Source: an uncultured Gammaproteobacteria bacterium | GTDB taxonomy: Bacteria > Patescibacteriota > Microgenomatia > CAYXHB01 > CAZYTL01 | Direction of reading: 5' to 3' | NCBI GenBank assembly: GCA_964650355.1 | Contig: CAZYTL010000007.1 | Coordinates: 4,455 to 68,454 of the forward strand | DNA length: 64,000 nt | In this document: piece by piece, positions 27,075 to 35,491 of the stretch | How positions within the stretch are numbered: position 1 is the first letter of the stretch | Layout: each line of letters starts with the position of its first letter | Notes under the pieces: generated by a model | Seen by the model: the letters and a program-made list of their open reading frames with translations, nothing else | What the model was told of the DNA's origin: nothing | Databases searched by the model: none | Program-made: the position numbers and the translations under genes

Positions 27075-28436
27075 CTATGTTTTTGCGGTTGGATGAACAT
27101 ACAACACTCTAATCAGACTCCTAGTGACAATGATTCCGGTAAATAGCCCTAAAAATATTCCTAAACCAAGGGTCAAGGCAAAGCCTCTTACCGGCCCGGA
27201 AGTGTTGAGAAACGCCCAGTTAAATGGATTAAACAACACAAAGCAGGCAATCAAGGTGCAAACATTGGCATCGCGGATAGAGTCAAGAGCGCGGCCAAAA
27301 GCCAATTCCATGGCTAACTTAACCGGACGCTTCATTCTGATTTCCTCTTTATACCTTTCGAAGATTAAGATATTGGCGTCCACGGCCATGCCCACGGATA
27401 AAATAAAGCCAGCGATGCCTGGTAAAGTCAGGGTGACCCCCATTAACTTATACAGGGCCAATGTGAGGATGCCATATATGATCAGGCCGATATCAGCTAG
27501 CAGTCCCAGCCAGCCATAATAAGCAAACATAAAGCCGATTACTAATCCTAAGCCAATCAGTCCGGCAATAATGCTTTTATTAATGGTGTCCTGACCTAGA
27601 GTGGCACCAACAGTTCGTTGAGACACTAGCTCTATGGGCACAGGCAGTGCCCCTGCATTCAACTGAATAGCTAATTGTTTGGCTTGCTCCAGGGTAAAGT
27701 TGCCGGTAATGATCGCCTGGCCGGTGGTGATGGCGGTTTTAACGACCGGTGCACTGACGGGCTGGTTGTCTAAAAAGATGGCTAATTGTTTACCTACCAG
27801 TTCTGTAGTCAGCTGGGCAAATTTTTGAGTTCCTTCGCTATTGAATTCTATACCCACCACTGGTTCACCGGTATTGCGGTCAAATTGGACTTGGGCCCTG
27901 ACCAAGTCCTTACCAGTTAAACCCGTAGACTCGAACAGGTTGGTGACTTCGGCTGAACCGTCCAGTTGAGCACTGGGAGAACTTTCTTTAAGGCGGCGAA
28001 AATCTAACTGAGCTGTTTGCCCGACGACTTGGACTGCTTGAGTGACGTCTGAAACTCCTGGTAATTCAACTATTAACCGATACTGATCACCAACTTGAGC
28101 GGTTTGGACTAGGGCTTCGCTAACTCCCAGTAAATTCACCCGGCGTTCGATGGTATCTTTGGTTGATTCTAAGGCAGAAACTCGATCCTGCTCGGCTATG
28201 CCTTTCATATCAGCTACGAATAGCAAGTGACTCCCCCCTTGAATATCTAATCCGGTTTTAAGTGGCCAACGAGCCAGACTCAAGGGTGGAGGAAAGTACT
28301 GCTTATTAAATTGCTGATGAATTTTGATTGTCTTCAAGTCCAGATTAATGGGGAATTGGTCCGGCAAAGCTATCCACAAAGCGGTTAACGTGAGAATGAT
28401 CACGATTAAAAGGGTAAGTCCAGGTCTGTCTTTCAT
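27075..28436 (-). CDS. secD: Protein translocase subunit SecD
   Basis: GLDIQGG, RRVN.LGVSE, AGALP, GMAVDANILIFER. Confidence 0.95.
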   Translation of the reverse strand: MKDRPGLTLLIVIILTLTALWIALPDQFPINLDLKTIKIHQQFNKQYFPPPLSLARWPLKTGLDIQGGSHLLFVADMKGIAEQDRVSALESTKDTIERRVNLLGVSEALVQTAQVGDQYRLIVELPGVSDVTQAVQVVGQTAQLDFRRLKESSPSAQLDGSAEVTNLFESTGLTGKDLVRAQVQFDRNTGEPVVGIEFNSEGTQKFAQLTTELVGKQLAIFLDNQPVSAPVVKTAITTGQAIITGNFTLEQAKQLAIQLNAGALPVPIELVSQRTVGATLGQDTINKSIIAGLIGLGLVIGFMFAYYGWLGLLADIGLIIYGILTLALYKLMGVTLTLPGIAGFILSVGMAVDANILIFERYKEEIRMKRPVKLAMELAFGRALDSIRDANVCTLIACFVLFNPFNWAFLNTSGPVRGFALTLGLGIFLGLFTGIIVTRSLIRVLYVHPTAKT

Positions 28437-28528
28437 AGCTCAACACTCGTAATTAATTAACTGTTAGTAGTAAAGAAATTGTTATTATTTGGGATTATCA
28501 GCAAAATAAAGGAATTGATCCAGGGAGA

Positions 28529-28753
28529 TTAAGCGGTGGATACGTCACTCTGGTTATCTTTGTCCCGTGAAGAAGCCAACAAGGGTAATTGTTTGGCATC
28601 TGGAAATTCATAGGTGATTTTGCTTTCATGCCAAGAAGGTTGGCAGATGGCTGTTTGCCCGACTGCCAGCCCCAATCGTCTGACAATTTTGGCAGGAATG
28701 CTGATTGCCAGACTGTTCCCGGTTTTGAAAATTGTTTGTTTACGGGAAGACAT
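28529..28753 (-). CDS. AbrB/MazE-family DNA-binding protein
   Basis: KTGNSLAISIP..IVRRLGL. Confidence 0.7.
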   Translation of the reverse strand: MSSRKQTIFKTGNSLAISIPAKIVRRLGLAVGQTAICQPSWHESKITYEFPDAKQLPLLASSRDKDNQSDVSTA

Positions 28754-28841
28754 AAATTATGCTGCGCGAAAATTGGCAGGAAAGCTTTTGGTCTAAATGT
28801 TTTTGCCCCACTTTAATTAATTAAATTATACACCTTTTGAT

Positions 28842-29435
28842 TTAGTTTAGTAACTTTCGTTCGCTGCCGATGATCATTACTCTGGACTGGGAAAGAATGG
28901 ACGCCAGAAATGGATCCCGGCCTTTTTTTCTGGTCTCTAATTCTTGATCTGTCATGACGGTATAATTGATTTCTTGTTTACGACGGGCTTCTTCCGCTTG
29001 AATTAAAGTGGTGATTTCCGGTAAGACGATATCCCCCACGAATAAAACTTCTACTTCCTCCGGAGATTCTTTGGGAAGATAATGGGCAAATCTTCCCGAA
29101 AACATCACATAACTTAATTTGCCCAATTTGTTGCGTTCTTTGATGATTTGTTTTCCCAATCCAGTGGTTTTCACGACTAGGTGAGAGAGCTCTTCATAAA
29201 AGAGGTAATCTTTACGAAACCAGTAATAAAGGCGATTTCCCCGAAATTCCTTTTTAACCATTTCCGCTCCTTCCATGTGACTGAGTTCCCGGCGCACGGC
29301 ATTAATTTCTTCATCGGTCATCCGGACCAATTGGCGGACATAAAACAGCTCTTCCGGATGGCTAAGAAAAACTTGCAGTAATTTAACCCGGACTTTGGAA
29401 ATGAATAAGTCTGTGAGTCGAGGGGTCATACGCAA
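28842..29435 (-). CDS. Winged-helix regulator with a degenerate nucleotidyltransferase-like C-domain
   Basis: SKVRVKLL...YVRQL...NAVRREL HTH; C-terminal VLFVGD and EINYTV. Confidence 0.65.
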   Translation of the reverse strand: MRMTPRLTDLFISKVRVKLLQVFLSHPEELFYVRQLVRMTDEEINAVRRELSHMEGAEMVKKEFRGNRLYYWFRKDYLFYEELSHLVVKTTGLGKQIIKERNKLGKLSYVMFSGRFAHYLPKESPEEVEVLFVGDIVLPEITTLIQAEEARRKQEINYTVMTDQELETRKKGRDPFLASILSQSRVMIIGSERKLLN

Positions 29436-29544
29436 TAATTGCGGACAGGAAAGGGGTTACGAAGCAGGTCGCGGGCTGCGGGCAGGTTAAATCTTTGGTA
29501 TGGATAAAACCCGGCGTTGTTACCTAAACCGTAACCCAGACTAA

Positions 29545-30753
29545 TTAATAATCAACTTTTTTACCAGAGGGCAGAATACTGATCCAAATTACTCCTGGAT
29601 TAAATTCAATTTCTTTTCCTGAGGAATCAGTAAATATGGTGCGGTCGGTACGAGACTTTTTGCGCCAATTGGCTTGAATGGCTTGGCCGTCCTTGAAGAC
29701 GAGAGCTTTACCGGTACCGGTATCTTTATAGAGTAAATGCAGGTTTCTTTCATAACCGTCGTTGGCCCGAGATTCTACCATAAAGGCGACCACCACATTT
29801 TTAGCTGTCAACTGTTGGTTAAAATCTAAGTCCAGATGCGGCTGGCCACCGTTGTTGCGTAAATATTGGTTGTTCTCAGAGTCGTATTGCCATTCTACCC
29901 GATAATTTGGTGAGTCTTGATTGTCCCAAAAATTGTAAGCCGGAGCTGTCTCTCCTTTCTCGCTAGGTTCTTCCTGAGTGAATTTCCAGGGTTGATATGT
30001 TTCACTCCAGAGTTGGCCGTCTTCGTCTTTGTAAGTTAATCCTCTTTTAGCACCCACTTCCCAGAGTTTATCCGTGGTGGAGTACATGGTATGTTCAGTA
30101 GCCACTTCTTTGCCTAACCGATCATAGTCACGCCAAAAGGTAGGAAAGCCGACTGAAAATTGATTGATGTCGTTGTAGGCTTCCCAGCCGTATTTGCGAA
30201 TTTGGCCTAAGGCATCTGCTTTTGCCCCGTTCAGACATCCGGATCCGGTCCGAGGGTCACAGTTACCACCTCCGACGTGGACGTATAATGGAGAAACGCC
30301 GTATTCGGAAATCCAGTCTAAAAAGTAAGTACGCGCTGATCTGACAGGTCCTACCTGAACATCCTCGGCAGAAGCCCCGCAAAGATATATCGCAAGGAAA
30401 CGGGTAATGCCTCCTTCAGCCACGGCTTCGTAGACTATATCCGCCCGAGAGAGACCTGACTGGGGTCGGGCATCAAGGCTGTTTTCAATCATCACCCCCA
30501 TCGGTCGCCTGGTTGACCAGATATCTTTTTCTGCTTTGGTATATAGTTTGTTGTTCAGAGGACAGGCTTCGGTTTTGGGTGCTGATAAGTCGACCTTGAC
30601 TCTTTGCTCTGCGGTAGGAACAGTTAAATCGGGGCTGTCAACCAGCTGGGGATTGGAATTTTGCAAATAACTAAAAGCCGCATAGGAAATGCCGGTGGAG
30701 ACTAAATATAAACCTAGCCCCGCCAGTAAGGTGATTAATTTGGGTTTGTTCAT
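29545..30753 (-). CDS. DUF3048 (YerB-like) protein
   Basis: RPMGVMIEN..DARPQSGL, EGGITRF, GPVRSAR. Confidence 0.85.
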   Translation of the reverse strand: MNKPKLITLLAGLGLYLVSTGISYAAFSYLQNSNPQLVDSPDLTVPTAEQRVKVDLSAPKTEACPLNNKLYTKAEKDIWSTRRPMGVMIENSLDARPQSGLSRADIVYEAVAEGGITRFLAIYLCGASAEDVQVGPVRSARTYFLDWISEYGVSPLYVHVGGGNCDPRTGSGCLNGAKADALGQIRKYGWEAYNDINQFSVGFPTFWRDYDRLGKEVATEHTMYSTTDKLWEVGAKRGLTYKDEDGQLWSETYQPWKFTQEEPSEKGETAPAYNFWDNQDSPNYRVEWQYDSENNQYLRNNGGQPHLDLDFNQQLTAKNVVVAFMVESRANDGYERNLHLLYKDTGTGKALVFKDGQAIQANWRKKSRTDRTIFTDSSGKEIEFNPGVIWISILPSGKKVDY

Positions 30754-30932
30754 GGTATTTAGAAATTTATTTTGAGTAACATGTGTATTCTATGTGGTGA
30801 TTTTCTGCTCTGTCAATAACGGAATTTTACTGGTCAGTGTGGTATAGAGGTAGTCCTAGCTTGGCTTGAACGAGCACGATTGAAACTGGCTGGTAGGGTT
30901 GTTTTGAAAGAACGACAACAAAGTAGTATATT

Positions 30933-31199
30933 ATGGCTATGGGAAAGAAAAGAAAGACTAGAAAGCAAAAACTCCTTTCTCGGCAGAGAAAAAAACAGTT
31001 AGAGTCACCGCAAGTGAAGCCGTCTGTGCCTGATGATCAGATGTCTACTATAATTAAGTCTGAAAAAAATGAGCCGAGGATTGACAGCTCTATTTATGCT
31101 TATCCCGTCAATTTAATCAAACGGGATCTGGTTAAATCCTTGGGACTAGCTCTAATAGCTACTTTAATATTAGGGCTATTTTATTATTTCCTGCCTTAA
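30933..31199 (+). CDS. Hypothetical protein with a basic N-terminus and C-terminal TM
   Basis: 88 aa ORF. Confidence 0.6.
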   Translation: MAMGKKRKTRKQKLLSRQRKKQLESPQVKPSVPDDQMSTIIKSEKNEPRIDSSIYAYPVNLIKRDLVKSLGLALIATLILGLFYYFLP

Positions 31200-31213
31200 G
31201 TTGTGATATTTGC

Positions 31214-31378
31214 CTACCAACGGATGATACCATATCTGGCTAGGATAAAGATCATAAAGATGGCGACAGCAATAATTCCGAGTAACGCTCTGGTAATACT
31301 CTGCTGAAGTTCAAATTCCCCTTCTATCTTAGTAGAAAATTTTGCGCTACTAGTGGTCTCGGGCTTTTTTTTCGGCAT
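31214..31378 (-). CDS. Small single-TM protein, absent from the ORF track
   Basis: SD GGAGGTG 6 nt upstream; MPKKKPETTSSAKFSTKIEGEFELQQSITRALLGIIAVAIFMIFILARYGIIRW* (54 aa). Confidence 0.6.
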   Translation of the reverse strand: MPKKKPETTSSAKFSTKIEGEFELQQSITRALLGIIAVAIFMIFILARYGIIRW

Positions 31379-31463
31379 AATTTTCACCTCCTGTCTATAA
31401 TTTAAATCAACTATCTAAGTCTGTTATCATCAGCATAACATCCTGTAAAAATTGCTGTCAATT

Positions 31464-32609
31464 ATGAACGTTAAAAAATTTATCAAGCCGGTTATCATAG
31501 GCGTGATCTTAGCCGTGGTATTGGCGATGGTTCCCGCAGGGGTGGAGCTGAATAAAGCTCTACAACCCAGCCGAGCTGATGATACCGATTTTTCAAAATC
31601 TATTCCAGAGCAAATTACCACGAATCAGATTCTGCCGCCCACGATAACTCCCACACCATTTCCTGAGTTGAGCGTTGATAAAATTTTAGCCGTTTCACGA
31701 AACCAAATCGCCAGCCAAGTCACTGGTTTACCTCAACAGCAAGTGATCCAAGTGATCCTGGTAGGGGACATGATGCTGGGTAGAGCAGTTAATTTTAATA
31801 TGCACCGCAAAGATGATTTTGGTTATCCGGTGGCTAAGGTAGCTGAGAAGTTAAAACAAGCAGATCTGGTGATTGCCAATTTGGAAGCTCCCATTTTAAT
31901 AGACTGCCCATTAACCACGGAAGGAATGAAATTATGTACTGACTACCAGTCCTTGTACACGCTTTATTTTGCCGGGATTGATACGGTGCAATTAGCCAAC
32001 AACCATGTGGCTGATTATGGCCAAGAGGGTATCAAAGAGACCCAGAAATGGGTTGAGTTTCAGGGATTACAGTCGGTGGGATTAGGAAAAGCAGCCATAA
32101 AAGAGATTCGAGGAATTAAGGTAGGAGTGCTGGCCTACAGCCAGGTTTTGCCTGTGGCTAAGGGAGTGGAAACTGCCGATCCGGATCTGTTACAACAGGA
32201 GATTGCTCAGCTAAAACAGGAAGCTGATGTGGTGATAGTAGGCTTTCATTGGGGTAATGAATATCAAGCACAACCGAATGGCCAACAAATCCAGCTGGCC
32301 CATGCGGCAATTGATAGCGGGGCAGACGTGGTATTTGGTCATCATCCTCACTGGATTCAGGGAATAGAAATTTATCAGGGTAAGCCGATTTTCTACTCGC
32401 TGGGAAATTTTGTGTTTGATCAAATGTGGTCCAGAGAGACCAGGGAAGGGTTAGCCGTGGAATTAAATTTTTGGCAGCAAAAACTGGTGGAAGTGAGATT
32501 ACTGCCTACTTTCATGGGTGATTTCTCCCAACCGGATTGGCAGCCGGTGGGAGTTGGGAATGTGACTTTGGGAAGAGTAGAAAAACTAAGCCAGAGTCTG
32601 GGTAAGTGA
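31464..32609 (+). CDS. CapA/PGA_cap family metallophosphoesterase
   Basis: GDMMLGR, NLE, LANNH..D, HWG.E, GHHPH, YSLGNF.FDQ. Confidence 0.85.
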   Translation: MNVKKFIKPVIIGVILAVVLAMVPAGVELNKALQPSRADDTDFSKSIPEQITTNQILPPTITPTPFPELSVDKILAVSRNQIASQVTGLPQQQVIQVILVGDMMLGRAVNFNMHRKDDFGYPVAKVAEKLKQADLVIANLEAPILIDCPLTTEGMKLCTDYQSLYTLYFAGIDTVQLANNHVADYGQEGIKETQKWVEFQGLQSVGLGKAAIKEIRGIKVGVLAYSQVLPVAKGVETADPDLLQQEIAQLKQEADVVIVGFHWGNEYQAQPNGQQIQLAHAAIDSGADVVFGHHPHWIQGIEIYQGKPIFYSLGNFVFDQMWSRETREGLAVELNFWQQKLVEVRLLPTFMGDFSQPDWQPVGVGNVTLGRVEKLSQSLGK

Positions 32610-33818
32610 CTTTGTTTTTCTTTCTTTAATTAGATGAAGATAAACACCTAGCCAAAAAATTATTAGTAATAGATTACGCGAACCAATTAATAACATTGGC
32701 CCGGGAGAGACTTCTAATAACAGATGAATCTTGTCAACCGCATAATAAGTCAAATAAGCTGTGGTTAGTCCTTGCATAGAGAGTAATAGACTGAGATAAA
32801 AAAGTACCTGTCGTCTAGTAACTACATGGGACGCATAGCCGTAAATTAACCACAACCCCAAAGGAATCCAGAGCCAGAGTAAATATTGGGGGGATAAGAC
32901 ATTATGGGCGATAAGTAATCCTAAAACCAAAAGTAAACAACTTTGATAAAGCATTTCCGGACGAGATTTAGAAGTCTTACGCAAATAGATGGGTAGGGGC
33001 AATATCAGCGGCAGCCATTTAATTAACTTCAAGAAAGTCCACCAGGCAGGTAACGGGTTAAACATCAGATTGATCGACATATACTCCGGTTGCACACTGG
33101 TATTGATTTGATAACCAAATTGGCTCGCAAGCCACATTAAACTGGCGCTGATGCTTTCAATTTGAGGAGGCCGGCTGATTTGATCCAAAAAACTGTGGCC
33201 AAAACCGACAGCCACCGGCCAGCCGCCCAGATGCCAGATGACAATCAATCCGGGAAAAACAAAGGCCAGCAGGCGAACTAAGTTTAGTTTGGAAAATAGA
33301 GGGCGAGATAAGAATAAAGGCCAAAACAACAGAGGATAGCCCCGGATAACCGCAGCCCAACCCAAAAGAAAATTCTCCAGGACAGGGTGGTAGTTTTGGC
33401 GAGAGAGAAAGGTTGCCAGTAAAATTAAAGCCACTAATAAGTCAGGATTGATAAAGGATTTATTGGCGGTGAGCACTAAAGTGGCGGCGTAGATAATTAA
33501 AAGCAATCTCTGCCATTGAGGTAAGGGGTCGATTTTGGCCGCGATTAACTGATTGAAGAGATAAATAATTACCAGAAAGCTTATCAAGAGAATGGCAAAT
33601 AGCAGGTATCTGAACGTTTCCTCACTCCAGGATAGTTGACGAATGATAATTAAGAAACTTAAAAATCCCGGAGGGTATTCCCAGAAGAAATCCTGATAAG
33701 GTATTTTTCCCGCCAAAAACTGTGAGGAAGTTCGTAGATATTCGATGATCTCAATATTATTGGCTGCGGGGATCAGTAACTTAAGAGCATTGCCAATCAT
33801 ATTAAAATCATAACCCAC
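32586..33818 (-). CDS. GT87-like glycosyltransferase
   Basis: PYQDFFWEYPP, QIES, LSPQYLLW; multi-TM. Confidence 0.7.
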   Translation of the reverse strand: MGYDFNMIGNALKLLIPAANNIEIIEYLRTSSQFLAGKIPYQDFFWEYPPGFLSFLIIIRQLSWSEETFRYLLFAILLISFLVIIYLFNQLIAAKIDPLPQWQRLLLIIYAATLVLTANKSFINPDLLVALILLATFLSRQNYHPVLENFLLGWAAVIRGYPLLFWPLFLSRPLFSKLNLVRLLAFVFPGLIVIWHLGGWPVAVGFGHSFLDQISRPPQIESISASLMWLASQFGYQINTSVQPEYMSINLMFNPLPAWWTFLKLIKWLPLILPLPIYLRKTSKSRPEMLYQSCLLLVLGLLIAHNVLSPQYLLWLWIPLGLWLIYGYASHVVTRRQVLFYLSLLLSMQGLTTAYLTYYAVDKIHLLLEVSPGPMLLIGSRNLLLIIFWLGVYLHLIKERKTKSLTQTLA

Positions 33819-33845
33819 TTGGCTCTCAAATTCTCACAGTAACTT

Positions 33846-33854
33846 TGGTATAAT
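33846..33854 (+). promoter_or_regulatory. Extended -10 promoter of the tRNA locus
   Basis: TG-G-TATAAT, 14 nt before the tRNA-Leu 5' fragment. Confidence 0.55.
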
Positions 33855-33868
33855 TTAGCTTGTTATCC

Positions 33869-33940
33869 GCCGAGGTGGTGAAATTGGCCCGCCTCGCGTC
33901 GACTCGTCGAGTCTTCGCGAGTCGAGGCGGGTAGACACGC
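33869..33940 (+). pseudogene. Duplicated 5' 28 nt of tRNA-Leu interrupted by a 44-bp palindromic insert
   Basis: GCCGAGGTGGTGAAATTGG [33888-33931 insert] TAGACACGC is identical to 34240-34267 of the intact tRNA once the insert is removed. Confidence 0.85.
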
Positions 33941-33941
33941 T

Positions 33942-34190
33942 ATGTACTATGTTTATATTCTGTATAGTAAAAATTTTAACAAAATCTATATCGGAATAAC
34001 TTCCGATCTTAAAAGAAGACTTTATCAGCATAATCAAGGATATACTATTTACTCAAAAAGATATCGTCCTTGGGTAATTCTATACACAGAAAAATATTCT
34101 AATAGAAATGACGCCAGAAAGAGAGAAAGGTATCTCAAATCAGCAGCTGGCAGAAAGTGGATTAGAAGATGTGTTTTTAAATCTAAATAA
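33942..34190 (+). CDS. Small GIY-YIG nuclease
   Basis: YYVYIL...YIGIT.DL.RRL.QHN...A.KRE.YLK; very AT-rich. Confidence 0.9.
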   Translation: MYYVYILYSKNFNKIYIGITSDLKRRLYQHNQGYTIYSKRYRPWVILYTEKYSNRNDARKRERYLKSAAGRKWIRRCVFKSK

Positions 34191-34239
34191 TTAATGGAAT
34201 CGATTTTTAATAGTGATCTTTAATCCGTCGATTCCACGA

Positions 34240-34324
34240 GCCGAGGTGGTGAAATTGGTAGACACGCAGGCTTGAGGGGCCTGTGGGCGAATAGCCCGTG
34301 GAGGTTCAAGTCCTCTCCTCGGCA
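34240..34324 (+). tRNA. tRNA-Leu(GAG)
   Basis: Full cloverleaf with long variable arm; anticodon loop TT-GAG-GG; CCA not encoded. Confidence 0.95.
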
Positions 34325-34391
34325 CTTCTGCAAAGCAGAATTGCGTCAATTCGGCATTGGGTTGGATAACAAAAATTCTGCTTTGCAGAAG
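34325..34391. repeat. Perfect 18-bp inverted repeat in the tRNA spacer
   Basis: CTTCTGCAAAGCAGAATT / AATTCTGCTTTGCAGAAG; each arm is itself a mini-hairpin. Confidence 0.85.
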
Positions 34392-34467
34392 GATCCGTAG
34401 CTCAGTTGGCCAGAGCGCTTGGTTTACATCCATGAGGTCGCAGGTTCGAGCCCTGCCGGATCCACCA
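34391..34467 (+). tRNA. tRNA-Val(TAC)
   Basis: GGATCCG/CGGATCC acceptor, anticodon loop TT-TAC-AT, encoded CCA. Confidence 0.93.
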
Positions 34468-34502
34468 GTGAAGAGGAATAATGTTTACTATAATCATTAC
34501 AG

Positions 34503-34901
34503 ATGCCGCTAAATACAGCTGAAAAAGACCGGCTGCTGCAAACCGAAATTGTATATTTGGCCACTGCGGATTTGAAAGGCAATCCTCACGTAAAGCCGAT
34601 TTGGTTTGTTTATCACCAGGGTAAAATTTGGTTTGAAACTCATTTGCCAACCCGGGCGTTTAGGAACATTAAAGAAAATAACAAGATCATGCTTTGCTTC
34701 GGCGGCAGGGAAACTTACTTAGTTTGGGGGAAGGTGAAGTGGTATGAGGAAAAGAACAGCCCTGTGCCTTTTAGAGAACTGCTTTGGGATAAATATGGAG
34801 AAGATATGGATGACAGTTACATAACAGAGAAAACAAGAATTTTTGAAGTCATCATTGAAAAAGAAACTTCTTGGCATTACGCCGATCAAGATTGGGAGTG
34901 A
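34503..34901 (+). CDS. Pyridoxamine 5'-phosphate oxidase-like (FMN split barrel) protein
   Basis: LATAD..GNPHVKPIWF...NIKEN. Confidence 0.8.
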   Translation: MPLNTAEKDRLLQTEIVYLATADLKGNPHVKPIWFVYHQGKIWFETHLPTRAFRNIKENNKIMLCFGGRETYLVWGKVKWYEEKNSPVPFRELLWDKYGEDMDDSYITEKTRIFEVIIEKETSWHYADQDWE

Positions 34902-34973
34902 AAGCGATTCGCATCTGAGGCGAATTAGTGGCCAGGGGTGGTATTTAAAGGGGGTTTACGTTAACATGAGGTT

Positions 34974-35486
34974 ATGAATCTTAAAGTTTTGGGTTTGATT
35001 GCTGCCGGGTCGTTGCTGTTTACGATTCTGGCTTTTGTATTGACTGCGAGAAAACCAGCCGGGCAAACTCCTGCGACCGGAGAGTCTCCCACGCCAGCGT
35101 TGACCTTGATTCCCACCCTGGATCCCCAACAGCCTCCCAGCGAAGGAAAAGCCAAGATTACCGGATACGTTTGCCCACTCACTACCGGCAATTTGGATCA
35201 GGGAGTAACCGTGGTAGCGGAAAAGATTCCCAGCCGGGAAAGATTTACTTTTTATATTCAAGGGCCGATTACTCAAGATACGGTTTATGCCATGGAAATT
35301 GATCCGGGCACTTATGAAGTTTATTCGGAAATCGCTAATCGAAGGAAGTTAGGTTTATATAGTAAATATGTGCTCTGTGGTCTGGATCCTGAGAGGTGCT
35401 TGGATCATGCCTTACTGCAATTTGAAATTCCCCAGGGCCAACTGCTGACAGATGTTGATGTTTGCGACTATGATTGGTTCAAGTGA
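34974..35486 (+). CDS. Membrane-anchored hypothetical protein
   Basis: N-terminal TM, Pro/Thr linker, Cys-containing beta domain. Confidence 0.6.
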   Translation: MNLKVLGLIAAGSLLFTILAFVLTARKPAGQTPATGESPTPALTLIPTLDPQQPPSEGKAKITGYVCPLTTGNLDQGVTVVAEKIPSRERFTFYIQGPITQDTVYAMEIDPGTYEVYSEIANRRKLGLYSKYVLCGLDPERCLDHALLQFEIPQGQLLTDVDVCDYDWFK

Positions 35487-35491
35487 GAGGT

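Noticed and set aside
29454-29537. SRP RNA or other ncRNA (GGGTTACG/CGTAACCC closing stem)
   Set aside because: The SRP domain IV motif is missing, and one 8-bp IR is too little evidence.
33869-34324. Intron-split tRNA with a homing endonuclease
   Set aside because: The downstream tRNA is complete and there is no group I/II core; the upstream piece is a duplicate, not an exon.
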